From NCBI GenBank assembly GCA_045533905.1, contig JAZSIR010000016.1, positions 56,811 through 120,810 of the forward strand: a DNA stretch of 64,000 nucleotides, read 5' to 3'. The DNA comes from Clostridia bacterium (lineage in GTDB: Bacteria; Bacillota; Clostridia; UMGS1883; UMGS1540). The notes under the pieces are model-generated. The model did no database searches, was not told the DNA's origin, and worked only from the letters and a program-made list of their open reading frames with translations. The translations under genes were made by a program, and so were the position numbers. Below, one piece after another: positions 51,695-61,272 of the stretch (positions within the stretch are counted from its first letter, which is position 1; every line of letters begins with the position of its first letter).

Positions 51695-52642
51695 ATGTCG
51701 AATTTGAAGCTGATAAATATGGAAGATGTCGAAGTTGAAGAAGTGAAATGGCTGATTTATCCCTTCATTCCATACGGAAAGATAACAATAATTCAGGGCG
51801 ATCCCGGTGAAGGTAAGACAACTCTTGTGCTTCAGATTATCGCAAGACTCACTAAAGGTGAAAGCATTGTAAATGAAGAAGCGAAAGAGCCGATAAATGT
51901 TATCTATCAAACGGCAGAAGATGGATTGGCGGATACAATCAAACCTCGTCTGTTATCGGCTGATGCAGATTGTTCAAAGGTGCTTGTAATTGATGATAAA
52001 GACACACCGCTTACAATGCGTGATGTAAGACTCGAACAAGCTATTATTGAAACAAATGCAAAGCTTGTTGTTTTAGATCCCATTCAGGGATTTTTGGGTG
52101 CTGATGTTGATATGCACAGAGCTAATGAAATCAGACCTGTTATGAAACATATTGCCGAACTTGCAGAGAAATATAAATGTGCAATTATCTTAATCGGGCA
52201 TATGAATAAAAGCAGTATGGGTAAATCGGCATACAGAGGTTTGGGTTCCATTGACTTTCAGGCGGCAGCAAGAAGCGTGCTGATTGTTGGCAGAATTAAA
52301 GATGAGCCTGAAATTAGAGTTGTATGTCAAACTAAAAGTTCACTTGCACCCGAAGCAAAATCTCTTGCTTTCAGACTAAGCGAGGAAAATGGCTTTGAGT
52401 GGATAGGTGAATATGATGTTACCGCAGATGAATTACTTTCGGGAACTGCTAAAGGTGCGAAGAAACAAGTAGCGATAGAGTTCCTTGAAAATATTCTTGC
52501 TAACGGACCGATGCCACATACAGAGATTACAGAACTTGCAAAGCAAAAAGGTATTGCAGATAGAACCTTAAGGAATGCCAAAGATGAATTAGGGGTTAAA
52601 TCGAAACGAGCAAATAATCAATGGTATTGGAGCCTTGATTAA
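51695..52642 (+). CDS. AAA_25 / RecA-like ATPase (IME replication protein)
   Basis: WL..P.IP.GK, GDPGEGKT, LDPIQ, GS.DF.AAARS; C-terminal wHTH. Confidence 0.85.
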   Translation: MSNLKLINMEDVEVEEVKWLIYPFIPYGKITIIQGDPGEGKTTLVLQIIARLTKGESIVNEEAKEPINVIYQTAEDGLADTIKPRLLSADADCSKVLVIDDKDTPLTMRDVRLEQAIIETNAKLVVLDPIQGFLGADVDMHRANEIRPVMKHIAELAEKYKCAIILIGHMNKSSMGKSAYRGLGSIDFQAAARSVLIVGRIKDEPEIRVVCQTKSSLAPEAKSLAFRLSEENGFEWIGEYDVTADELLSGTAKGAKKQVAIEFLENILANGPMPHTEITELAKQKGIADRTLRNAKDELGVKSKRANNQWYWSLD

Positions 52643-52712
52643 AAGTAAGTTGGCAAGATGACCTAATCTATAGAAAGGGGCATCTTGCCAACTTGAAAGG
52701 ATGTGATAGGAT

Positions 52713-52970
52713 ATGAAGAAAATTCAAATCGAGCAAGAACTATTTATTCAAATAGTGAAATACTTTTATAGCGATGAATTTGGTTTTGATGATGACGATG
52801 TATGTGAGTTATATCACGACATTAAAAAAGGAATTGATAAAAAACTTGATGCCGTTTCAAGGCGAAGTTATTACACTCAATATAAAACTGCAGACACACC
52901 AGAGGAACGTGAAAAAGCAAGGCTGAAGTATCTTGATGCGGTAGGAATGCACGAAGATTTCAGATTTTAA
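52713..52970 (+). CDS. Conserved small IME hypothetical protein
   Basis: RBS; YTQYKTA.T.EERE.AR..YLD..G motif recurrent in such elements. Confidence 0.7.
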   Translation: MKKIQIEQELFIQIVKYFYSDEFGFDDDDVCELYHDIKKGIDKKLDAVSRRSYYTQYKTADTPEEREKARLKYLDAVGMHEDFRF

Positions 52971-53043
52971 TTTTACCTTAATTGCATAAACGGGAATGTG
53001 CCACATTCCCGTCAAGGTTACTAAAGGAAAGGAGATTTTTACA

Positions 53044-53400
53044 ATGAAAGAAAGATTTATGGAAAACGGAATTGAGTATGTAAGATGCGGAAATTATTAC
53101 ATACCAAACTTGACGGTGCCGGAGTGTAAGCGCGAAATAGGCAAGTACGGAAGGTTAAGAAGAAAGCATTTGAAATCAAGCAAACCTTGTCAGTATAGCA
53201 CACTTTTGATGACCGGAAAACTGTTTGAGCATCTGCACGAAATTGACATTCAGGCGCAAGAAATCTTAGACCAATTTATCAAAAAGGCTGAGAAAACTGC
53301 TCCTGATAAAGCGACTCAGCAGATGGCGTGGGTTGGTCATATGAACAACGCAAAGGCGTGTGCAGAGGAAATTATCTTAAGCGAGATAATTTATATTTAA
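53044..53400 (+). CDS. tnpV: TnpV family protein
   Basis: G..Y...G.YYIPNL......IGKYGR.R..L; W...MNN....AEEI. Confidence 0.85.
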   Translation: MKERFMENGIEYVRCGNYYIPNLTVPECKREIGKYGRLRRKHLKSSKPCQYSTLLMTGKLFEHLHEIDIQAQEILDQFIKKAEKTAPDKATQQMAWVGHMNNAKACAEEIILSEIIYI

Positions 53401-53486
53401 TGTTGTAACAAGCACTGAATTTGGCATTACAAATTCGATTTTTAAGGGATACCCCTAACACCCCAAACCCGAAAGGAGGCGGCAAG

Positions 53487-53855
53487 ATGCGCAACAGAAC
53501 AAAGACTTTTTCTGCAAGGCTAAGTGAGCAGGAATATGAAACCTTGAACAAGTCAATAGCAAAAACAGGTCTTACAAAATCGGCTTTTATACGAACCGTT
53601 GCAAGAGGATATTTACCCAAACCACGACCACCAAACGGCTATGATGAAATGATGTCAGAGCTTACCGAAATCGGCACTAATCTTTATGATATTTGTAGGG
53701 TGGCATCTGATACGAACAAAATTGACACCACTCTGCTTAAGGAACAAGCAGAGAAATTGGATAAGGTGATTTTACAAATCAATACCTTCTATACTGTTCC
53801 CGACAAAATCAAAGGAGGCGATATAAAATGGCAACAACAAAAATATGGGACATAA
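53487..53855 (+). CDS. mobC: Relaxosome accessory protein MobC
   Basis: RLSEQE...L......GL..S..IR; L..IG.NL..I; overlaps relaxase. Confidence 0.85.
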   Translation: MRNRTKTFSARLSEQEYETLNKSIAKTGLTKSAFIRTVARGYLPKPRPPNGYDEMMSELTEIGTNLYDICRVASDTNKIDTTLLKEQAEKLDKVILQINTFYTVPDKIKGGDIKWQQQKYGT

Positions 53856-55159
53856 AAGGCAGAATTGATAGCCTGATAAACTATGCTGCCAATCCCGAAA
53901 AAACGGACGGAAATAAATATAGTGAAAAGCAAATACAAGCTCTCCACGATGTTATGGACTATGCCTCCGATGATTATAAGACAGAGCGAAGCTTATATGT
54001 ATCGGGTGTTAATACAACGCCCGATACGGCAAAGCAAAAGATGCACCAAACAAAGCTCCGTTATGGTAAGACGGATGGAATTGTAGCATTTCACGCCATA
54101 CAGAGTTTCAAACCGGGAGAGGTTACACCTGAAATAGCTCATGAAATCGGGAAAAGACTTGCAAAAGAAATGTGGGGCGATAGCTTTGAGGTAGTAATTG
54201 CAACACACCTGAATAAAAAACACCTGCATAATCACTTTGTAATTAACTCTGTATCATTTGCAGACGGCAAGAAATATTATGACAATACCGCAAATTATAA
54301 CCTCATTAAAAAGATTTCTGATAGGCTATGTGAGGAATATAATCTGTCAGTAATACGAAATCCTAAAAGCAAGGGTAAGCATTATGCCGAGTGGTACGCT
54401 GAGAAAAGCGGCTATCCAACGATACGAGGTCAGATAAGGGATGAGATTGATACCATTATTCAATGTTCATATACTTATCAAAGCTTTTGGACGGAACTCA
54501 AACGCAGAGGATATGAGGTTAAGGATACAGGAAAATACATAGCATTAAAACCAACATTCTCTGAAAAATATATCCGCCTTAAATCTCTAGGTGAAAATTA
54601 TAGTCCTGAAGCAATTAAAGAGCGTATTATTAGGGCAAGAAACGGTATTAGAGATTTGTCTGTACCTAAACCTGACTACAATGCTTGGCTCAAAAAATAT
54701 GAACCAATAAAGCTCAAAGGCTTCAAGGCTCTGTACTATCACTACTTATATCTGTTTGGGAAGATACGTAAAAAGGAACCACCGCAAAGAGTATGCTTTT
54801 ATTTGAGAGAAGAACTTATAAAATTCGAGCGATACCAAAAGCAGTTTCATTTTCTTTACGACAATGATATTGAAACCTCTTTTCAACTTCTTGAAATAAA
54901 GCAATCAGCCGAAGATAGAATTTCCGAACTGACATTAGAACGGTCAAGATTATACCACAAGCCTGATGCTAAAGGCGAAATCGCAGATATAAATACCGTG
55001 CTGAAGGAACTGCGAGCGAAGGTAAGAATGTGCAACAATATTTTGATTGATTCGGAGCGTATCAACAAAAAGTATAACGAAGCACAAAGACTTGAACAAG
55101 AAGCTGTGACACCCCAAAAACACAAGAAAAAAGATAAAGATGAAGAAATTACACGATAG
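53828..55159 (+). CDS. Relaxase (MOBP family)
   Basis: MATTKIW, Y..NP.KT, H..QSF.PGEVTPE.AH.IG, THL...HLHNH..INSVS. Confidence 0.93.
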   Translation: MATTKIWDIKGRIDSLINYAANPEKTDGNKYSEKQIQALHDVMDYASDDYKTERSLYVSGVNTTPDTAKQKMHQTKLRYGKTDGIVAFHAIQSFKPGEVTPEIAHEIGKRLAKEMWGDSFEVVIATHLNKKHLHNHFVINSVSFADGKKYYDNTANYNLIKKISDRLCEEYNLSVIRNPKSKGKHYAEWYAEKSGYPTIRGQIRDEIDTIIQCSYTYQSFWTELKRRGYEVKDTGKYIALKPTFSEKYIRLKSLGENYSPEAIKERIIRARNGIRDLSVPKPDYNAWLKKYEPIKLKGFKALYYHYLYLFGKIRKKEPPQRVCFYLREELIKFERYQKQFHFLYDNDIETSFQLLEIKQSAEDRISELTLERSRLYHKPDAKGEIADINTVLKELRAKVRMCNNILIDSERINKKYNEAQRLEQEAVTPQKHKKKDKDEEITR

Positions 55160-55202
55160 GATGTTATTTGCGATATGAACTTATGATTCGAATCTTGATT
55201 GC

Positions 55203-55392
55203 AGAATCGTGAAAATCACGATTCAAGAAATGTGAAAATCACATTCAAAGAATTTTCTTATTCGCAGTTCAAACGAAGTAACTATCGCTAAGAAAGTGAT
55301 TTTGGACTCACGAATCAAGAAGTGTGAAAATCACATTTTAAGAATAGTGAAAATCACTATTCAGGACAAGTGAATTTAACGAATCAAGAATC
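55203..55392. repeat. 23-bp-period palindromic array (consensus AGAAnnGTGAAAATCACnnTTCA)
   Basis: GTGAAAATCAC at 55209, 55232, 55324 and 55347, with degenerate units in phase at 55255, 55278, 55301 and 55370. Confidence 0.85.
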
Positions 55393-55415
55393 TCAAAAGA
55401 TATTAGGAGGAATTT

Positions 55416-55973
55416 ATGAAAACTATAAAAGCTATTATAATCTTAACTTTTGTAAGTGTTTTTACCACAACCACATATGCAGCAGAGGTGCCGAGAGAAT
55501 CGGCACCATGCAATGCCACAAATGAAGCGATAGTCGTTGTCGAAAGCTTTATAGGCGATATTTTGAACGAAGTACAGAGCGGATTAGGATATGCCGATGC
55601 AAGAGCAAAATCAAACCGCATATTCTTCAATGCTTGGCTCAACGGACAGACAAACGGTTACAGTTACGGGGAACTTGTAGATATAGCCAATAATGCAATA
55701 TGGCAATATCGGGATATGTACCTTCGACCTGATTTTTACGCAAATAATCTTGAAAAAGTCAGAGTAATAATTGCTCCTGTAATTGAAGATTATAAATCCG
55801 GCAAAATCTCTTATGCAGAAGCGGAATTCAATGCCCGAAATAGGATTTATCAATCCGTCAAACCTGACTTTAATCCCGATGTGGAATATATGAAAGATCC
55901 TCTCTCTAGGGATATTCCACCGGTGGATAACAGCTTGTTTATACTTGCAAGAAAACTGATATTAGGGCTATGA
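55416..55973 (+). CDS. Secreted hypothetical protein
   Basis: AGGAGG RBS, signal peptide ending TYA-A, followed by terminator. Confidence 0.8.
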   Translation: MKTIKAIIILTFVSVFTTTTYAAEVPRESAPCNATNEAIVVVESFIGDILNEVQSGLGYADARAKSNRIFFNAWLNGQTNGYSYGELVDIANNAIWQYRDMYLRPDFYANNLEKVRVIIAPVIEDYKSGKISYAEAEFNARNRIYQSVKPDFNPDVEYMKDPLSRDIPPVDNSLFILARKLILGL

Positions 55974-55982
55974 AAAATTACA

Positions 55983-56013
55983 GAAGGCGTGACTGCGGTC
56001 ACGCCTTCGTTTT
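55983..56013. terminator. Bidirectional hairpin
   Basis: GAAGGCGTGAC-tgcg-GTCACGCCTTC. Confidence 0.75.
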
Positions 56014-56037
56014 GTGTGCGATATAAATACTTGGTAG

Positions 56038-56917
56038 TTACTTTTCGTTTACTGCAATCCAAATTTCACAAGTATAATCAGGATCATCTACTTTGTCCGA
56101 GGGATATACCTCTAATTCTACTCCGTGTGCATATTCATACTTGTCGCTCTGAGGGAAAAATTCCGAACAGATTTTCTTATAGGTTTCAACGAATGCTTCC
56201 GGCATTTTGCCCTTACAGGTAAAAACTGCAAATGTATGAGCAGGGATTTCGATTATATCAAGTTCAGAATCAACATTTTCCTGACCTTCATATTCAAAAC
56301 CTATACCATAAGGAAAATGATTGTCAGCTAAACTGCTTGTAAAGCATATTCCTAAAAGTCCGCCAAAAGCAGAGTTTTGAGGCATATATTTCATTATTTT
56401 TGCCATTGAACCATTTTGTCCGCACTCAGCCCAAAACTCTCTTATATCTGTAGCTGCAACATCACTACCCGGTTTTTCTACTTGTTTTCTTTTGCATACA
56501 ACCTTGAATGCATCTTTTTTCTCAATTCTGTAATTCATAAGATTACCTCCAGATAAAATTAGTTTTACGGAAAGCCTCGAAAATGCTGTGATTGTAGCAC
56601 CGCTTCGCACTTCTGTAGGAGTAACCCCGTGGAATTTAGAAAATGCACGGGTAAAACTTTCGGGACTGTCATACCCATAATCAAGAGCGATATCAATTAT
56701 TTTTTTTATCGGTATTCATAATTTCCTGAGCCGCAAGGGTGAGCCTTCTCATGCGGATATAATCTCCTAGAGTTATACCGCACATAATTCCAAAAATTCT
56801 TTGAAAATGAAATGCAGACGAACAGGCCTCCTTCGCTACCTTTTCATAATCAATTTTTTCGGTTATGTGCTCCTCAACATAGTCAATAGCTTTTTGCAAG
56901 CTGCTAATCCAATTCAT
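56038..56917 (-). pseudogene. AraC/Rob-like regulator with GyrI-like domain, frameshifted in an A8 run
   Basis: MNW...IDYVEEH start and GYDSPESFTRAF join in frame if one A is removed at 56700-56707. Confidence 0.88.
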
Positions 56918-57194
56918 ATTCTCTGCCTCCTTCCGATGATACTACTTTATCAGAAATTAATACATTAATCTTGATGCTATATGCTTTTGGGTGTTAAGGA
57001 TAAAAGAAAAAGCCTCAGAAATCGCTTAGTTGCTAGGGCTTGATGGTTTGGTAAAATTATAACACATATTGCTCGAAATTACAATGTAAAGTGACTTTCC
57101 GCAGTAGTAAGGCTTCTTTTTAGGCTAGTTTCTTGAAAAATACACTTTTTTATGGTAAAATAACTCTATAAATAAGAATTTGACGGAGCATATA

Positions 57195-57755
57195 ATGGGA
57201 AAGAAATTATCAGAAATGAGTTTAGAAGAACTTTGGTTGTTGTTTCCAATCTTCTTAGAAGAACATAAAGATTGTTGGAAAGAATGGTATTGTGAAGAAG
57301 AATGTCTATTGAAAAATGTATTTTCTTTAGGTGAAAGAATCAGCCATATTGGAAGCACCGCTATTCCTTATATTTGGGCAAAACCCATTGTAGATATTCT
57401 TGTGGAGATTCCAAAGGGGAGAAATTTGCTTGATTACAAAGCGGAGATAATAAATTGCGGTTATATTTGTATGTCGCAAAGTGAGAACGGTATGTCTTTT
57501 AATAAAGGATATACAGAGAATGGATTTGCTGAGAGAGTGTTCCATTTGCATTTGAGATGTGCGGGCGATAACGATGAATTGTACTTTAGGGATTACCTCA
57601 TTGAGCATCCAAATGTTGCAAAGATATACGAGAAATTGAAATTGGGACTGTGGAAAGAATACGAACATAATAGAGATGGATATACAAATGCCAAAACCGA
57701 ATTCGTACAAAAACACACCCAAAAAGCAAAAATGATATACGGCAACCGATATTAA
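57195..57755 (+). CDS. GrpB family (nucleotidyltransferase-like) protein
   Basis: HIGSTAIP...AKPIVDI, FRDYL..HP, Y..AK..F. Confidence 0.9.
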   Translation: MGKKLSEMSLEELWLLFPIFLEEHKDCWKEWYCEEECLLKNVFSLGERISHIGSTAIPYIWAKPIVDILVEIPKGRNLLDYKAEIINCGYICMSQSENGMSFNKGYTENGFAERVFHLHLRCAGDNDELYFRDYLIEHPNVAKIYEKLKLGLWKEYEHNRDGYTNAKTEFVQKHTQKAKMIYGNRY

Positions 57756-57874
57756 CAAATTCCAAAATATAAAACGAAAAGACCCGTTAAATTATAAATA
57801 AAATTCATAAGACTTTACTTGCTTCATCACCAATGAAACAATACAAATTCATTGAAACAAAGGAGTGATAAAAT

Positions 57875-58297
57875 GTGAAAAAGCTAAAATGGTATGGGGT
57901 TGTTTTTTCATTATTTATATTATTTTTATATATAATGGGGACTTATGATATCTTTATGATGCTATCTCATAATGTGAATTATTATAATAGCAAAGGATAT
58001 GGAGAAATAGTAGTAAATTATTTTACAAATTATCCAGTATATTTACTTGTTTTTTGGATTAGTAACTTGCTATGTGGTTTATTAAGTCCAATAATGTATT
58101 TAGTAAAAAATAAAAATTCATATAAAATTGCAATAATTTCATTTATAAGTGATTTTATATTAATATTATTGGGTGTGATTTTTAGAAACAGAATAAATGC
58201 ATTGGGTTTAAATATATTTTACTTTGACCTATTTATATTAATTATTACATTGTTATTTGGAATATATTTATATTTTTCAAATAAAAACGAGAAATAA
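57875..58297 (+). CDS. Hypothetical membrane protein (4 TM)
   Basis: Very AT-rich hydrophobic ORF with AAGGAG RBS. Confidence 0.75.
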   Translation: MKKLKWYGVVFSLFILFLYIMGTYDIFMMLSHNVNYYNSKGYGEIVVNYFTNYPVYLLVFWISNLLCGLLSPIMYLVKNKNSYKIAIISFISDFILILLGVIFRNRINALGLNIFYFDLFILIITLLFGIYLYFSNKNEK

Positions 58298-58367
58298 ATT
58301 CCAATAAGTCGAACAGTTAGATAAATAAGAATTTATGTGACACGAACCAATATTTTTCAAAAATCTA

Positions 58368-58398
58368 TTGACTCTCACGCTCCGTCATAGTGTATACT
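58368..58398 (+). promoter_or_regulatory. MerR-type promoter (19-bp spacer)
   Basis: TTGACT-19bp-TATACT immediately upstream of the MerR gene. Confidence 0.75.
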
Positions 58399-58424
58399 CT
58401 CCTTGTGAGGTGATAAAATTGAAA

Positions 58425-59147
58425 ATGAAGATTAAAGAATTTGCCGAATTTACGGGTGTAAGTGTGCGCACACTGCATTATTACGATGAAATAGGATTGT
58501 TGACCCCAGCCTTCGTTGACAGGTCTACAGGCTATCGTTTTTACGACGAAAATTCTCTTCTTCGTACGCAAGAGATTCTCTTTTACCGTGAACTTGACTT
58601 TTCCTTAAAAAACATCGAGGAGATTTTGTCATCCCCGAATTATGATAAAAACAAGGCGCTGAAAGAGCAAAAACACCTGCTCACACTCAAAAAAGAGCGG
58701 TTAGAACGGTTAATTTCCGCCATTGACGGTGCCGTGAAAGGAGAAAATGTTATGAAAGCATTTGACAACAGCGAATTTGAAAAGCATAAGGCTGAAGCCA
58801 AAGAAAAATGGGGCAAAACAGACGCATACAAGGAACACGCAGAACGGAGCAAGAATTACTCCAAGCAGAAGTGGAATGACCTTGCCGATGGAATGGACCA
58901 CATCATGGCAGAGTTTGCGGTGTGCATGAGAAAGGTCGAAAGGCCTGATTCCGCCGAGGCACAGAACCTTGTGAAAATGCTGCAAAACCATATTACTGAG
59001 AATTACTATATTTGCACAAACGAAATCCTAGCAGGTCTCGGTCAGATGTATGTTGCAGATGAACGCTTTAAGAACAACATCGACAAGCACGCTGATGGTA
59101 CTGCAACATTTATCTGTGAAGCAATTCAAGTCTACTGCCGCAAGTAA
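58425..59147 (+). CDS. MerR family regulator with TipAS domain (Mta-like)
   Basis: GVSVRTLHYYDEIGLL..GYRFY; LGQMYVADERF. Confidence 0.93.
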   Translation: MKIKEFAEFTGVSVRTLHYYDEIGLLTPAFVDRSTGYRFYDENSLLRTQEILFYRELDFSLKNIEEILSSPNYDKNKALKEQKHLLTLKKERLERLISAIDGAVKGENVMKAFDNSEFEKHKAEAKEKWGKTDAYKEHAERSKNYSKQKWNDLADGMDHIMAEFAVCMRKVERPDSAEAQNLVKMLQNHITENYYICTNEILAGLGQMYVADERFKNNIDKHADGTATFICEAIQVYCRK

Positions 59148-59169
59148 ATTCCAATTTGTAGGTGAACGG

Positions 59170-59667
59170 ATGAAAAAATATATTGCAAATATAATATCAA
59201 GTTGCAGAATTTTATTTAGTTTATGTCTGTTGTTCTGTCCCGCATTTTCAGTTAGTTTTTACAGCATATATATATTATGCGGATTGGCTGATATGGTGGA
59301 CGGGACTGTTGCAAGAAAGACAAGTGCTGTCAGTGAATTTGGAGCAAGGCTCGATACTGTTGCTGATTTTCTTTTCTTTGCAGTATCATCGATTAAATTG
59401 TTGCCTATAATTCATATTCCAAAATGGATATGGGTATGGATAGTTATAATTACAATTATTAAAATCTGTAATATTATATTGGGTTTTATTTATAAGAAAA
59501 AGTTAATCTCTTTGCATACCGTGATGAATAAAATAACGGGATTGTTATTATTCCTTTTGCCGTTGACATTACAGTTTGTGGAAATGAAATACAGTTCCAT
59601 AGCAGTATGCATTGTTGCAATATTCTCGGCAATTCAGGAAGGATATTTGATAATAAAAGAACGCTAA
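59170..59667 (+). CDS. CDP-alcohol phosphatidyltransferase family protein
   Basis: DMVDG.VAR......FGA.LD..AD. Confidence 0.9.
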   Translation: MKKYIANIISSCRILFSLCLLFCPAFSVSFYSIYILCGLADMVDGTVARKTSAVSEFGARLDTVADFLFFAVSSIKLLPIIHIPKWIWVWIVIITIIKICNIILGFIYKKKLISLHTVMNKITGLLLFLLPLTLQFVEMKYSSIAVCIVAIFSAIQEGYLIIKER

Positions 59668-59762
59668 TTTTTTAAAAATTTACAGATAAATTTAATAGCA
59701 ACAACGAGTTGCTTGTTTACTTTGTATTCTCACAGTATAATAAATAGTGAGGTGATAGTTTT

Positions 59763-60527
59763 ATGGAAACAAAAGATATTATAGTGGAATTAAGAACTAA
59801 AAAAGGACTTTCACAGGAAGCACTTGCAGAAAAGATATTTGTAACAAGACAGGCAGTTTCCCGTTGGGAAACGGGAGAAACAGTGCCAAACACCGAAACT
59901 CTCAAATTATTATCAAAACTGTTTGATGTATCTATCAATACACTTCTCGGTTCTCCAAGAGAACTTATTTGTCAATGTTGCGGTATGCCTTTAGAAGATT
60001 CTAACATTAGTAAAGAAACAGACGGATTCTTTAATGAAGAATACTGCAAATGGTGTTATGCGGACGGAGAATATATGTATCACGATATGGATGATTTGAT
60101 TGATGTTTGTGTTAAATATATGGCAAATGAAGAACGTTCGGAGGAAGAAGTGCGTTCCTATTTGAAGGAAACTATTCCAAAACTTGATTATTGGAAAAGA
60201 TATAAAAAACTTGGCGGTGATGGTGCTTTTGAAGAGTTTAAAAAGCTTTTGATTGCGGAAATCAATGAGCTAAACATTGAAGGAATGCCAAAGCTTCAAA
60301 AGCTTAATGCTCTCGTTGGCGGATATGTAAATCTTGAATATAGGCTTCCGAACGGAAAAAGTGTGAAGTTCTTAGATGACGGAGCCACCTATTTAGGCAA
60401 TCAGTTGGAATGTGAGTTCGGAGGAAATAGGTGTTTTGGCATAGTATGTAATATGGATTTTATTCTTGTAACTACTTATGAGGAAAATGGCGAAAATCCC
60501 GAATTGGTTATATACAAAAAGAGATAG
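59763..60527 (+). CDS. XRE regulator with zinc-ribbon and C-terminal domain
   Basis: SQE.LA....VTRQAVSRWE; CQCCGMP...YCKWC; operator AGCAAC-N5-GTTGCT at 59697-59713. Confidence 0.88.
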   Translation: METKDIIVELRTKKGLSQEALAEKIFVTRQAVSRWETGETVPNTETLKLLSKLFDVSINTLLGSPRELICQCCGMPLEDSNISKETDGFFNEEYCKWCYADGEYMYHDMDDLIDVCVKYMANEERSEEEVRSYLKETIPKLDYWKRYKKLGGDGAFEEFKKLLIAEINELNIEGMPKLQKLNALVGGYVNLEYRLPNGKSVKFLDDGATYLGNQLECEFGGNRCFGIVCNMDFILVTTYEENGENPELVIYKKR

Positions 60528-60568
60528 TATTCTATTACAGATAGCAAATACAAGAAAGAGCGTGCATT

Positions 60569-61174
60569 ATGGAATTTAATGAAAAATTACAGGAATTGAG
60601 AAAAAATAAAGGGCTTACTCAGGAAGAACTTGCAGAGGCTCTCTATGTGTCCAGAACAGCAATTTCCAAGTGGGAATCAGGCAGAGGATATCCGAGTATA
60701 GATTCCCTTAAGGAAATAGCAAAGTATTTTTCGGTAACAATAGATGAACTATTGTCAACTGATGAAGTGCTGACTATAGCGGAAAAAGATAATAAGCAAA
60801 AAGAAATGCATTTTAGAAGTATGCTTTTCGGACTTTTGGATATAAGCATTCTGATGTTCTTCTTCCTGCCGTTCTTCGGACAAAAAGCAAATGGTGTCAT
60901 TCAGGAAGTTTCGCTTTTATCCTTAAACGGAATTGAGAATTATTTGAGGACTGTGTACTATGCTATTGTAATCGCAATTATAGTATATGGCATTTTGACA
61001 CTTGCTTTTCAAAATTGTCAAAAGATATTTTGGGTGCAAAACAGAGATAAAATATCGCTTATATTAAATGCAGCAGCGGTACTCTTATTTATTATAAGTT
61101 CTCAGGTCTATGCAGGAGCTTTCCTATTTATATTTCTGACAATAAAGGCGTTAATGCTTATAAAATGGCGATGA
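60569..61174 (+). CDS. XRE regulator with membrane C-terminus
   Basis: TQEELA..LYVSRTAISKWESG plus 4 TM. Confidence 0.88.
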   Translation: MEFNEKLQELRKNKGLTQEELAEALYVSRTAISKWESGRGYPSIDSLKEIAKYFSVTIDELLSTDEVLTIAEKDNKQKEMHFRSMLFGLLDISILMFFFLPFFGQKANGVIQEVSLLSLNGIENYLRTVYYAIVIAIIVYGILTLAFQNCQKIFWVQNRDKISLILNAAAVLLFIISSQVYAGAFLFIFLTIKALMLIKWR

Positions 61175-61272
61175 CACGGAAAGTATCACGGATGTGACGG
61201 TACGATTCTTGAGGTTTTTGACGCCTTCCTATAAAGTGTATTCAGGCGGAAGCTGAATACAAATCAGGAAGG

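Noticed and set aside
55203-55392. CRISPR array interpretation of the palindromic repeats
   Set aside because: Units are contiguous at 23 bp with no unique 30-40 bp spacers, and there are no cas genes in the window.
57741-57757. GGCAACCGATATTAACA resembling the integrase arm repeat
   Set aside because: Lies within grpB codons (GNRY*), is short, and has no other att features nearby.
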